A stretch of 64,000 nucleotides of DNA from Bdellovibrionales bacterium (lineage in GTDB: Bacteria > Bdellovibrionota > Bdellovibrionia > Bdellovibrionales > UBA1609). The position numbers and the translations under genes are program-made. Of this stretch, positions 1-9,928 are shown in pieces (position 1 is the first letter of the stretch; the number at the start of each line of letters is the position of its first letter). Under the pieces are notes generated by a model. The model had not been told where the DNA came from, did not search any database, and saw only the letters and a list, made by a program, of their open reading frames with translations. Location: NCBI GenBank assembly GCA_965203095.1, contig OZ241877.1, forward strand, positions 96,001 through 160,000, written 5' to 3'.

Positions 1-246
1 TGGCCGAATGACCTCCTCAATGTTTTGCTTTCTGTCAGCGTAAAAGAGCAAGCTTTCCGATAAGGGATTGAGGGCAAAATTTTTTTTAGCCAATAAAAGC
101 TCCCTGACTTTTTCGCCAGCAGGGGTCCCCCCCGGTTCCTTAGTCAGAATAAAATCCTGACCCCTTTTTTTGAGCTGAGCTTGCAAAAGTGAGATTAAAG
201 AGCTTTTGCCTGAACCATCTATCCCCTCAAAAGCTAAAAAAGCCAT
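1..246 (-). CDS. tmk: thymidylate kinase, N-terminal part (runs off window start)
   Basis: Manual translation from ATG at 246: MAFLAFEGIDGSGKSSLI...TKEPGGT...ESLLFYADRKQ, with the dTMP kinase P-loop and EPGG motif. Not in the ORF track. Confidence 0.93.
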   Translation of the reverse strand, partial: MAFLAFEGIDGSGKSSLISLLQAQLKKRGQDFILTKEPGGTPAGEKVRELLLAKKNFALNPLSESLLFYADRKQNIEEVIRP

Positions 247-350
247 AATCTCAGTTTATAAATGAAATTTAGGGCAGAGGCTATGTTAAAAAAGGATTTT
301 TAAAGTTTTTTTTGAAAAAATAGTGATGGCAGAGATAAAAGCTTATCTCC

Positions 351-866
351 TTATTGTTTGATTCTCTCATAAATTAAAAAGGAAAAAGGCTGAGGCTCCG
401 CCTTATCTATCCGGCTGACTTCCTGAAACTGATTCTCTGGTATTTCAGGATAAGAGGCATCCCCCTCATATTCCTTATGGATCCGGGTGATATACAGACG
501 ATCAGTCATACTGAGAGTCTGTTTGTAAATCTCCCCTCCACCGGTGATAAAAATCTCATTTCCATATTTTTTTTGAATTTCCGCCCTTTGGCAATACTTT
601 AAGACCTGATCTATTGAGCTAAAAGAAACCGCCTCCTTATCTTTAAATTTTTTATTTTTTGTTAAAACCACATTCAACCTGTTAGGCAAGGCATGGCCGA
701 TGGAATCAAAAGTTTTTCTGCCCATAATCAAGACCTTATTTTCTGTTGTCTTGTAAAAATATTTCAGATCTTCTGGTATATGCCAGGGGAGTTTGTTGTT
801 TAAACCAATCATATTATTTTTTGAAACGGCCACGATATGGGAAAATGTGAGGCTTTGAGGATTCAT
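351..866 (-). CDS. folA: dihydrofolate reductase
   Basis: IG.NNKLPWHIPEDLKYF, IMGRKTFDSI, LPNRLNVVLT and GGGEIY motifs. Confidence 0.96.
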   Translation of the reverse strand: MNPQSLTFSHIVAVSKNNMIGLNNKLPWHIPEDLKYFYKTTENKVLIMGRKTFDSIGHALPNRLNVVLTKNKKFKDKEAVSFSSIDQVLKYCQRAEIQKKYGNEIFITGGGEIYKQTLSMTDRLYITRIHKEYEGDASYPEIPENQFQEVSRIDKAEPQPFSFLIYERIKQ

Positions 867-883
867 AAATTAACAGGGCAAAG

Positions 884-1201
884 CTAATGAATAGTTTTGT
901 CTTTATTCAAAATGGTATTGTCCACAATATGAAAGTAAGTTCGAACCAAAATTTCAAAATTTTCTGAATCGAGCATACTCAAATAGTTTTGTTTGGCCTT
1001 TATGCTTTTTTTGGAGACCAGTTCGGTAAATACCTTTTGTATTTTTTGCATATTTTTGGAGTCAAAAAAACTTTTTTCCTGTGTGGGATGGCGGAGGATA
1101 TGGGCCAGCTTTTTGTTGTCTTCAAAAAGCCAGTGAATGCCCTTAGTGGATTGATGAAATAAAAATTCTATTTCCTTTAATTGTCGTTTTTCAATTTTCA
1201 T
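884..1201 (-). CDS. hypothetical protein
   Basis: 105-aa ORF with GGAGG SD upstream, co-oriented with folA; no recognisable motif. Confidence 0.7.
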   Translation of the reverse strand: MKIEKRQLKEIEFLFHQSTKGIHWLFEDNKKLAHILRHPTQEKSFFDSKNMQKIQKVFTELVSKKSIKAKQNYLSMLDSENFEILVRTYFHIVDNTILNKDKTIH

Positions 1202-1392
1202 TAGCCCCTCCTGTGAATATCCCTATTTAATTTTTATTCTTTTCTTAGATCAAGGAATAAAAAAGAAAGCGGTCTAAAGGCTGGTTTTTTTCTTGTGCGA
1301 TCTATTAAATTACAAAGGTTTTTCACGAGCGACTAAACAGTCCCCCAGAAAAAACTTGCCCTGAAAGCTCAAAATAGAGTATTGAATAGAGT

Positions 1393-2055
1393 ATGAAGAA
1401 ATTTATTTTAAGAGCTTTAACCGGGCCGGTAAAGGGCCAAAAATTCCCATTAAAAAATGGCCTGCAAATTGGTCGCTTTAAGGGGGATATCTTACTTCAG
1501 GATGAGTTGGTTTCGTCCCTTCATGCAGAAATTTCTGTCAGCTCCAAAGGCAAAATCCTCATCTTTGACAAAGATTCAAAAAATCAAATCATTATGGAAG
1601 ATCAAAGAGTTGTAAAATCTATTTTAAAGCCCGGATCAAAGTTTCAAATCGGACAAACAGAATTTCAGTTAGAGCTTATCCCCGACACTGAGGAGCTTTG
1701 GGCTTTGTTTATTAAAAAAGCTGGAGGGAAAATACAAGATCAGGCCATCCGCCTTCAAGCCTTTGCTCAGGCCATTGAGTTTGTTTTTTTGTCCGGCCCT
1801 CAAGAAGGCCAGACCGGCCAGCTGTTTTATGGGCCGAGGGTTTTTGGAAGTCGATCTTTAGATTTTCCCATTTTTGAAAAAAAAGCTCCAGCAAAAGCCT
1901 TTGCCCTGATCCCTGGGCCTAAAGGTTCTGCTTTTTTTGCCACAAAACATCCTGCCACAGTTCAACTGAATGGGAAAAAAGTAAAAAAAGCCAAAATAAA
2001 AGACGGAGATAAAATTTCAGTAAGAGGTTCCACCTTAAAAATCAATATCAAATAA
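1393..2055 (+). CDS. tandem FHA-domain protein
   Basis: IGR...D..VS..HA FHA motif plus a second degenerate FHA-like half (..NGKKV....IKDGDKI..G). Confidence 0.8.
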   Translation: MKKFILRALTGPVKGQKFPLKNGLQIGRFKGDILLQDELVSSLHAEISVSSKGKILIFDKDSKNQIIMEDQRVVKSILKPGSKFQIGQTEFQLELIPDTEELWALFIKKAGGKIQDQAIRLQAFAQAIEFVFLSGPQEGQTGQLFYGPRVFGSRSLDFPIFEKKAPAKAFALIPGPKGSAFFATKHPATVQLNGKKVKKAKIKDGDKISVRGSTLKINIK

Positions 2056-2162
2056 GGAGTAAGCATCTCCTTATAAAGGGAATACTCCTGTTTTTTTGTG
2101 AAAAGGGAACAGGGGCGACCAGCTTCTTTATCATGAGAGCATCCCGCCCTATACATGCTTTT

Positions 2163-3083
2163 TTAAATCTCAGTATAGGCCGGAATGCGGACATAAGATT
2201 CCTCCCCTTCTAAGGGGACTTTGTCTGTTTTGAATTTTGAGTTCAAATACTTTAAATCATCATAAGGAATACCTAATTCTTTAGATATATAAGATAAAGA
2301 GGAAGGACTCCTAAGAGAGATCAAGTCATACTCTAAAGGCTCTTTGTAATCCAAATTATAAAAACCATAGGCACGGGGTTTGAGGGCAATTTTTTTCATA
2401 GCCATAATTTTAGGAACATAGTTTCTGGTTTCTGGTGGGAGAGCTTTTCGCTGGACCAATCGCCAAAAATTTTTACTCTTGTGCTTTTTAATGGCCCGAA
2501 TCACTCTATTTTCCCCACAATTATACGCGGCCATGCTCAAACGCCAATCACCAAAAATAGCATACAGATCTTTAAGGTACCAAATGGCGGCCCTTGTGGA
2601 TAAATAAACATCCTGCCTCTCATCCACATAAGAATCCACCCGCAAACCATACTGCCTCCCTGTGGGCCGAATAAACTGCCAATAACCCACTGCATTGGCT
2701 GAACTTTTGGCATAAGGGTAAAAACCCGACTCCGCCATAACCATATAAACCAAGTCCTTAGGAAGTCCCTCTTCCTGTAAAATATCCCCCATAAAATAAA
2801 TATATCTGCGAGATCGCTCCAAATATCTCCTCATATCATCCTTTAAGGGCTTTTTTGATAAACGGCTAATCCAATGTTTGACATACGAGTTATTGTCTAT
2901 GGGAAAAGGCTTGTAATCTATTTCTGGCCTATCCTCTGTGTCTACATCAGAGTGAGAGGCTATAAACAAACCACTCAGGTCAGAATAAGGATCTAAAGGC
3001 TCTGCCACCTGCAAAGGGGCACAGGAGATCCCGCAACATAAAAAGAGCACAGTGAGCCACAGTGGGAGAAAAACTCTCATCAA
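2163..3083 (-). CDS. lytic transglycosylase (SLT/MltD-like), probably exported or lipoprotein
   Basis: AESGF, A.GYWQFI, AAYNCGE and ETRNYVPKI motifs; N-terminal signal with Cys. Confidence 0.9.
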   Translation of the reverse strand: MMRVFLPLWLTVLFLCCGISCAPLQVAEPLDPYSDLSGLFIASHSDVDTEDRPEIDYKPFPIDNNSYVKHWISRLSKKPLKDDMRRYLERSRRYIYFMGDILQEEGLPKDLVYMVMAESGFYPYAKSSANAVGYWQFIRPTGRQYGLRVDSYVDERQDVYLSTRAAIWYLKDLYAIFGDWRLSMAAYNCGENRVIRAIKKHKSKNFWRLVQRKALPPETRNYVPKIMAMKKIALKPRAYGFYNLDYKEPLEYDLISLRSPSSLSYISKELGIPYDDLKYLNSKFKTDKVPLEGEESYVRIPAYTEI

Positions 3084-3113
3084 GACTGTAATCGGATTAT
3101 TTTGTAAGTTTTC

Positions 3114-3584
3114 TTAAGACTTTTGTCCGATAAAAGCCGGATTTGGGGCTGAAGACAGGGCAGAGAAGGCTCTCGCATACTGAAGAACCTGGTCTAAAAG
3201 AGAGCCTATGCCATTAGTCCGGCGAAGGCTCAAATACCGACTCAGCTGGAGTTGCTCAATAAATAAGGGGGGATCTTGCAAAATCTCTTGGGCTGTTCTC
3301 TTTGTATAAAATTTAATTATAATAGCTAAAATCCCCTTGGTTATCAGCCCTTCGCTATCCCCCATAAAAATAATCTGACCCGAATCGCCCATTTCCGGTT
3401 TCAGCCATAAAGGGGATTGGCAAGCTTTAATGAGCCACTTATCTTTTTTATCCTCTTCATTAAATTTTTCCAGCTTTTTTCCAAAATCAATAATGGCTCT
3501 ATAATTTTTCTCCCAAGTATTTTCTGGAGGGAAGATTTGCATTATCATTTTGTTTCTGTCTGTCATACTCTGCCACCTTAACAT
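3114..3584 (-). CDS. sufE: SufE-family Fe-S sulfur acceptor (start possibly 3566)
   Basis: W...Y..IIDFGKKL, CQS.LWL, GDS...ITKG, LS..R.NG motifs. Confidence 0.85.
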   Translation of the reverse strand: MLRWQSMTDRNKMIMQIFPPENTWEKNYRAIIDFGKKLEKFNEEDKKDKWLIKACQSPLWLKPEMGDSGQIIFMGDSEGLITKGILAIIIKFYTKRTAQEILQDPPLFIEQLQLSRYLSLRRTNGIGSLLDQVLQYARAFSALSSAPNPAFIGQKS

Positions 3585-3726
3585 GGGCGGGCCAAAAATT
3601 AAATAGTTAACAAGGTTTTTTACGGGGGATTAAATAAAAGCATGATTTTTTAAACAGATTAGGGTATAAAGGATTAAAGGCTTTGCAAGCCTCTTTTAAA
3701 AAAAGTCTGAAATAAGGGAGATCAAA

Positions 3727-4875
3727 ATGATTAAAATTCTCATTGTGGATGATGAACCTGACATAGAGAGCCTTTTTAAACAAAAATTTCGCAAAAAAAT
3801 TCAAAACAGGGAATGGTCCTTTGTTTTTTGTCATAACGGCGAAGAGGCCTTAGAGGCCCTGCAAAAACATGAGGATATGGACCTGGTTTTATCTGATATC
3901 AATATGCCCAAAATGGATGGCTTAAGCCTGTTAGAAAAAATCAAATCCAATCGCTTTGATGTAAAAACAATTATCATTTCAGCTTATGGAGATATGGGAA
4001 ATATCCGAACAGCAATGAATCGCGGGGCTTTTGACTTTATCACTAAACCTATTGATTTTGAGGATGTGGAGCAAACCCTCAACAAAACCATTCAACATGT
4101 GCAAACTCTCCGGCAAGCCTTAGAAAATCAAAACAAGTGGCTTTCCATCCAAAAAGAATTAGAAGTGGCCAAAAAAATACAAAAATCCATTTTGCCCACC
4201 TCCGCCTCCCCTACTCCAAAATGTGATATTTTTTCCCATAATGCTCCAGCTAAAGAAGTGGGAGGGGATTATTACGATCTGTTTCTAATAGATAAAGAAC
4301 ACTTGGCCCTGGTGATAGCGGATGTCTCAGGTAAGGGGATCTCTTCAGCACTATTTGCTGTGGTCAATCAAACTTTAATGAAAAGCACGGCGGGTCAGTT
4401 TCTCTCTCCAAAAAAATGTATTGAATCGGTTAATCTGAATTGTTCAAAAAACAACAGCAACTGCATGTTCGCTACAGTATTTTACGCGATTTTGAATTTG
4501 AAACAAGGGAGTTTAAATTATTGCAATGCAGGCCATCTCAGCCCCTTTAAAATCCAAAAAGGAGGACCACTTGAGGCCCTTCCCCCTACAGGAGATATTC
4601 CTGTAGGTGCTAAAGAAAATTTTGAATTTCACGAAAAAAAGAGCTATTTAAAGCCGGGGGAACGGCTCTTCCTTTACACTGATGGGCTGACTGAGGCCCA
4701 CAACACCAAAAAAGAAGAGTTTGGGGAAAAAAGACTTACGGAAACTTTATCCCAAAGCCAAACTTTGCCTGTTCTCAAAGCAGGGGAAAGTATTTTAAAA
4801 TCTGTAAAAGATTTTTCTAAGGAGGCAGAACCTTATGATGACATCACTTTTGTTTTGGCCGAATATAAAGGCTAA
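3727..4875 (+). CDS. response regulator receiver fused to PP2C/SpoIIE (RsbU-like) phosphatase
   Basis: ILIVDDE/SDINMP/KP receiver; VGGDYYD, ADVSGKG, NAGH, YTDG and DDIT PP2C motifs. Confidence 0.92.
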   Translation: MIKILIVDDEPDIESLFKQKFRKKIQNREWSFVFCHNGEEALEALQKHEDMDLVLSDINMPKMDGLSLLEKIKSNRFDVKTIIISAYGDMGNIRTAMNRGAFDFITKPIDFEDVEQTLNKTIQHVQTLRQALENQNKWLSIQKELEVAKKIQKSILPTSASPTPKCDIFSHNAPAKEVGGDYYDLFLIDKEHLALVIADVSGKGISSALFAVVNQTLMKSTAGQFLSPKKCIESVNLNCSKNNSNCMFATVFYAILNLKQGSLNYCNAGHLSPFKIQKGGPLEALPPTGDIPVGAKENFEFHEKKSYLKPGERLFLYTDGLTEAHNTKKEEFGEKRLTETLSQSQTLPVLKAGESILKSVKDFSKEAEPYDDITFVLAEYKG

Positions 4876-6004
4876 ATTTTTATTGTTTTTGATTGTTTTT
4901 CCTCTCCCTTCTCTATCACAAACCGAAGGAGTGACGAAACACAAGATCTTGTTTGGGCAATCCACTGCATTAACTGGTGCGGCAAAACGACTGGGGATAA
5001 ACATGAGGGCTGGGATTCTCTCCGCCTTTAATGCCGTCAATGAAAAGGGCGGTATCTATGGGAGAAAGCTGGAACTTATCTCCTTAGATGACTCTTATGA
5101 GCCAGAACTCAGTATCAAAAACACCAGAGAGCTTATCAACAAACACAAAGTTTTTGCCCTCATTGGAGCTGTGGGCACGCCCACTTCTAAGGCGGTGGCC
5201 CCTATTGTCTCTGAAGTCTCTATCCCCTATATCGGGCCTTTTACAGGGGCAGAGTTTTTGCGAGATCCCTCACAAAAAAATATTATCAATGTCCGGGCTT
5301 CTTATTTTCAGGAAATTCACAACCTTGTGGAGCGACTGATTGAGGATTTGAACATTAAAAAAATCTCTATCCTCTATCAAGACGACTCTTATGGCCGGGC
5401 CGGGCTGAAGGGGTTAAAAAAAGCCCTCCAAAAAAGAAATATGAAAATCCAATCGATGGGTATTTATTTGAGAAACACCACCGCTGTTAAAACCGCCCTT
5501 TTAGACATTATGGCTGGTCAACCCTCAGCGGTTTTGATTGTTGGAGCTTACCGTCCAGCGGCTACTTTTATCCAACTGGCGGACACTGTGGGCTTTAAAC
5601 CTCTCTTCCTCAGCCTCTCTTTTGTGGGGATTGAGGCCCTTCATGAAGAATTAAAAAATCAGCCCTCTGTAGTGGTGCTCAGCTCAGTAGTTCCCTTCCC
5701 CTTTCGTGCAGACAAGCCTTTAATCAGCCATTACCAAAAGGCCATTAAAAAAAACTTCAATTTTGTGTCCTTAGAGGGCTATCTTGTGGGCCAGCTAACA
5801 GTTATGGCCCTACAAAAGGCCGGACCCCATCTCACCCGCTCTAAATTCATAAAAGCCATTAAAAAAACCAAACATTTCTCTATCCATGACTTTATTTTAG
5901 AATATGGACCTAAAGATAACCAAGGTTCAGATAAAGTCTTTCTCAATGTTATTTCTAAGGGAAAGCTTTTTCCCATATCCAATTTGAAAGATATCCGCCA
6001 ATGA
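4835..6004 (+). CDS. type I periplasmic ligand-binding protein (branched-chain amino acid-binding family); exact start uncertain
   Basis: GQSTALTG, VNEKGGIYGRKLEL..LDD.YEP, IG.VGTPT, NVRASY..E motifs; signal-like N-terminus. Confidence 0.85.
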   Translation: MMTSLLFWPNIKAKFLLFLIVFPLPSLSQTEGVTKHKILFGQSTALTGAAKRLGINMRAGILSAFNAVNEKGGIYGRKLELISLDDSYEPELSIKNTRELINKHKVFALIGAVGTPTSKAVAPIVSEVSIPYIGPFTGAEFLRDPSQKNIINVRASYFQEIHNLVERLIEDLNIKKISILYQDDSYGRAGLKGLKKALQKRNMKIQSMGIYLRNTTAVKTALLDIMAGQPSAVLIVGAYRPAATFIQLADTVGFKPLFLSLSFVGIEALHEELKNQPSVVVLSSVVPFPFRADKPLISHYQKAIKKNFNFVSLEGYLVGQLTVMALQKAGPHLTRSKFIKAIKKTKHFSIHDFILEYGPKDNQGSDKVFLNVISKGKLFPISNLKDIRQ

Positions 6005-8160
6005 ATGAACCCACTGTAAAAACGACAAAACCTAAAAAGAAAAAAAGAGGGATAATGAAAAGCCTCTCCTTTAAGCTCTATGGGATTTTATTGCTTTTTC
6101 TCAGTTTTATCCTCATTGTTAGCCTATTCAGCTGGAGATCTCTTTTAGAAGTTGTGAACATCCAAAAGATCTTGGCCACTAAAAATATCCCTGAGCTTAT
6201 TTTGGCCGGCAATATTGTCCAGCAAAGTGAAAGATTGCTGAAGTCAGCCCCTCAACTGATAGCCAGCCCCTCTGAGGTTTCGGCCAAACAGATTAAAAAG
6301 GAAATCCAACAGGACAGCCAAATTTTACAAGAGCAGTTGAACACTTTTGAAAAGTCCACCTTGGCACAAAATTCTTTAGAGCTACAAGGCTTAGTCCAAA
6401 AAATGACAGACAACCTGAAATTTATAGAACAATCTGTGGGAAGGCAAAGGTCTCTTTTGCAAAAACTCAAAAACATGTCGGATCAAATACGAAAACTCAA
6501 CCTGAGGCTTTACAAAACTCTGGTTGTGGAAATTGACGATAAAACTTTTGCTTTGGCCATTCAAACTCAAGCTATCTCTACCTCCCCTTCCTCCCCTGCA
6601 AAACCAACCTCACAACAGGCTATCCAACTTAAAGACATTCTTCTTTATAAGGAGCTGTTGAGCCTTCAAGCACAAATGAGTATAGCTGTCAATTTATTAA
6701 GGGAAGCGGGGGATCTGTCCAATGCTGATCTCATTCAACCTATAAGAGAGCGATTTTTGGCTTCCATTCAATCCTGTGAAAGATCAGTCCAATCCTTCGC
6801 GGGGGCTTTATCAAGCATCTCAAAGGACATTCAATCCCTCAAACGATTGGGCTTAGGAGAGGGAAAAAACATTTCCCTTTTTGATTTAAAAAAACAAATT
6901 TTAAATATTGAAAAAAAACAAAATCAATATCTTGAAAAAAACAGGGAAATCGCGAGCCAACTTTCAGAAACCATCAAAAACATTCACTTGAACATCAAAG
7001 CCAGTGGGAAAAAGAGCACGGTTCTATTTAAAAAATCCCTTAAGAAAAATCAAACTCTGCTTTTGGCTATCAATATTATCAGCTTGGCCGGCTTTTTTAT
7101 AGCTGTGGTTTTTTTAGTGGCTCCTTTGGCTCGCCGTTTAAACTACCTGGCTAAAAAAATGCAGAGCATGTCCAAAGGGGGCTTAAAGGATAAGGTCAAT
7201 GTCCAAGGGCAAGATGAAACGGCGGATATGGCTCGTGCTCTTGAGGCCCTTCGCCTTTATGCTTTAGAGGCTCAGCGGCTGGGTCTTGTGGAAAAACTGG
7301 CCGGAGAGGTTCAGGAAAAAAACAAAAAACTGGAAGAGACCATAGGCCGGCTGAAAAAAACACAAAGGCAATTAGCCGTTCAAGATAAACTGGCCTCCTT
7401 AGGACAACTCACCGCAGGCATTGCCCATGAGATCAAAAACCCTCTTAATTTCATAAATAATTTTGCTAAAATCTCTCAGGAATTGTTGAAAGAGCTGGAT
7501 TCAGATATTCAAAAAATAAAACCTGAAGGGGATGAAAAGATGAACATTTCCATTCAAGAAAACATGAAGGACATCAAGTCCAATATGGAAAAGATCAGCC
7601 AGCATGGGGATCGGGTGAGCGACATCATTACAGGGATGCTGGAGCACTCTCGCCGAGCCACAGGCCAAAAAGAGCAAGTCAATATCAACCGCTATATGGA
7701 GATTTACTCCAATCTGGCTTTTCATAGCAAAAGAGCCTCTAACTCCTCCTTTAATATGTCATTTAAAAAAGATCTTGATAAAAGTTTAGAGCCTATTACT
7801 GCTGTTCCCCAAGACATCAGCCGGATCATCCTTAACCTTGTGGCCAATGCCTGTGATGCCATAGAGGAAGACAATAAAAAAAACAAAAACTACTGGATAG
7901 AGTTGAAAACCAAAAAAATAGGGAATCAGGTGGAGATAAAAATCCGGGATAACGGAACAGGCATTCCAGAAAATATAAAAGATAAAATTTTTAACCCCTT
8001 TTGGACGACAAAAGAAACGGGGAAAGGCACAGGCTTAGGGCTGTCTCTCACCCATGATATTGTTCTTAAATACGGAGGGGCTTTATCTGTTCAATCAAAG
8101 GAAGGGGAATGGACAGAGTTTATCCTCAGCTTGCCCACAAAAAAAGAACCGGCAACCTAA
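6001..8160 (+). CDS. membrane sensor histidine kinase (large periplasmic helical domain, HAMP, HisKA, HATPase)
   Basis: Two TM segments; AHEIKNPLN H-box, NLVANA N-box, DNGTG and GTGLGL G-boxes; ATGA overlap with upstream gene. Confidence 0.93.
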   Translation: MNEPTVKTTKPKKKKRGIMKSLSFKLYGILLLFLSFILIVSLFSWRSLLEVVNIQKILATKNIPELILAGNIVQQSERLLKSAPQLIASPSEVSAKQIKKEIQQDSQILQEQLNTFEKSTLAQNSLELQGLVQKMTDNLKFIEQSVGRQRSLLQKLKNMSDQIRKLNLRLYKTLVVEIDDKTFALAIQTQAISTSPSSPAKPTSQQAIQLKDILLYKELLSLQAQMSIAVNLLREAGDLSNADLIQPIRERFLASIQSCERSVQSFAGALSSISKDIQSLKRLGLGEGKNISLFDLKKQILNIEKKQNQYLEKNREIASQLSETIKNIHLNIKASGKKSTVLFKKSLKKNQTLLLAINIISLAGFFIAVVFLVAPLARRLNYLAKKMQSMSKGGLKDKVNVQGQDETADMARALEALRLYALEAQRLGLVEKLAGEVQEKNKKLEETIGRLKKTQRQLAVQDKLASLGQLTAGIAHEIKNPLNFINNFAKISQELLKELDSDIQKIKPEGDEKMNISIQENMKDIKSNMEKISQHGDRVSDIITGMLEHSRRATGQKEQVNINRYMEIYSNLAFHSKRASNSSFNMSFKKDLDKSLEPITAVPQDISRIILNLVANACDAIEEDNKKNKNYWIELKTKKIGNQVEIKIRDNGTGIPENIKDKIFNPFWTTKETGKGTGLGLSLTHDIVLKYGGALSVQSKEGEWTEFILSLPTKKEPAT

Positions 8161-8200
8161 AATAAAATGCCCTCATGAAAGCAGGTTCTTATAAAAACTC

Positions 8201-9721
8201 TCACCTTGAAAAAGTGCTTTTGCAACTTGCCGGAACTAAAGAATACTCTTTAAGGATTCGAATCAGACTAACATTAGGCACTTCGGCTAATACAGCAATT
8301 TGCAAAGGGGTTCGCCCTTGTTGATCTTCCACTAAAGGATCGGCCCCCACTCGTAAAAGTATTTCAGCAACTTTGGGATTGGAGTTGAGACGATTGGATA
8401 CAGCTATATGCAAAGCCGTCTCACCATAATGATTGAGGGCATTTAATTGTATTTCACTCAGCCCATAATTTAAAAGAGCACTTATGACCCCCTGATCTGG
8501 ACTTCGAGTCGCTCTATGAAGAGCCGTTTCTCCCTCAGCATCAATAAAACCCGGGAAAGCACGAGCCTCTAACAAAACCCGGACAGTGTAATGGGCTAAG
8601 TCCTTATTGGGACGATGAGGAGGGACAAAGCTGGCCAAATGCAAGGGGGTCCTTTTTTCACTGTCTTTTAAATTGGGATTGGCTCCCCGTGCTAAAAGGG
8701 CAAGAACAATTTCATGATGGCCCTTGTCAACAGCCAAGTGAAGAGGGGTTTCACCCTTTTGGTTTTGAACATTGGGGTCTGCCTCAGAGTCCAAAAGCAA
8801 CTGAACCACCTGGAGATCTCCTCTTATGACAGCTAAAAATAAAGGGCTATCTCCGTTAAATGGGTTTTTGCCTTGGATAAGAGCTTTGTCTTTGTCTAAA
8901 AGAGCCTGAAGAATGGAGACAGGGGCACCTGCCCTTATGGCCTTATGTAAAATATTCCCGTATGAACTTTGAATTTTAGGATCGGCTCCTGCATTGAGTA
9001 AAATTTTAAAAATTTCCAGCCCCGCTTTTGCTGAAAAATCAACTTGAAACAGAGCTGTTTCACCTGTAAAATCCTGAGCATTGATATCCACTTCTGTTTT
9101 TGATAACAAAAGCTTAAGTGCTGTGGAGTTGTATCCTTGGGCGGAATAGTGGAGGACTGTCCGATTCAAACCATCTCTAATCTCAGGGTCTGCCCCTGCA
9201 TTAAGTAAAACTTCCAATGTGTCCTCATGATCCACAGCAATATGCAAAGGGGTTAGCCTCATATCAGAAGTAATATCAGGATTGGCCCCTGCTGACAATA
9301 AAAGCTGAACCACTGGTGCAAAGGGCACAGCATAATGTAAAGGGCTATCTCGAGTTAAGCTCACATCAGATTTTTCCAGATTCTCCTTGAGATTGGGATC
9401 CGCTCCATACTCAAGCAAAATTTTAACTCCCTCTATAGATTTTGAAACAGCATAGTGCAGAGGTTGCAAACCACGATCATCCCTGGCATTGGGATTTGCA
9501 CCCGCCTCTAAAGCTTGCCGGAGGGCTAAAGGACCTTCGGAAATAGAAGAGAACAGAAGATTATCCTTCTCTTCTTGCTCCTTCTGAGCTTTTTCCTTAG
9601 CCTGTTGTTTATCAGAAGCTTTAGGAGTTTTTGAGCTGAAAGCACCTTGAGCAGAAAACACAAAAAATAACAAAATAAAGTATTTCATAAAAATTCGGGG
9701 ACAAATTATCAAAAAAATCAA
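8201..9721 (-). CDS. secreted ankyrin-repeat protein (likely start 9688, MKYFILL)
   Basis: About 12 G.TPLH.A...G....V..LL..GADPN repeats; signal peptide. Confidence 0.92.
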   Translation of the reverse strand: MIFLIICPRIFMKYFILLFFVFSAQGAFSSKTPKASDKQQAKEKAQKEQEEKDNLLFSSISEGPLALRQALEAGANPNARDDRGLQPLHYAVSKSIEGVKILLEYGADPNLKENLEKSDVSLTRDSPLHYAVPFAPVVQLLLSAGANPDITSDMRLTPLHIAVDHEDTLEVLLNAGADPEIRDGLNRTVLHYSAQGYNSTALKLLLSKTEVDINAQDFTGETALFQVDFSAKAGLEIFKILLNAGADPKIQSSYGNILHKAIRAGAPVSILQALLDKDKALIQGKNPFNGDSPLFLAVIRGDLQVVQLLLDSEADPNVQNQKGETPLHLAVDKGHHEIVLALLARGANPNLKDSEKRTPLHLASFVPPHRPNKDLAHYTVRVLLEARAFPGFIDAEGETALHRATRSPDQGVISALLNYGLSEIQLNALNHYGETALHIAVSNRLNSNPKVAEILLRVGADPLVEDQQGRTPLQIAVLAEVPNVSLIRILKEYSLVPASCKSTFSR

Positions 9722-9928
9722 GCTTTTCCAAGATTAAAGGCAAAAAAATGAAAATTTTTCCCTCATAATGGTTGATATTTTTAGACTTTTTCGGGCTGAT
9801 AGACAAAAAAGTTAAGACTTTTTCAAGATAAATAGCGAAAAAGCCAAATAAAGAGAAAAACAGGAGCAGACTTGAAAATTAAGCCCTCCATCAGTATATA
9901 ATATGGATATAGCTCTTTCAAGTAGGAG

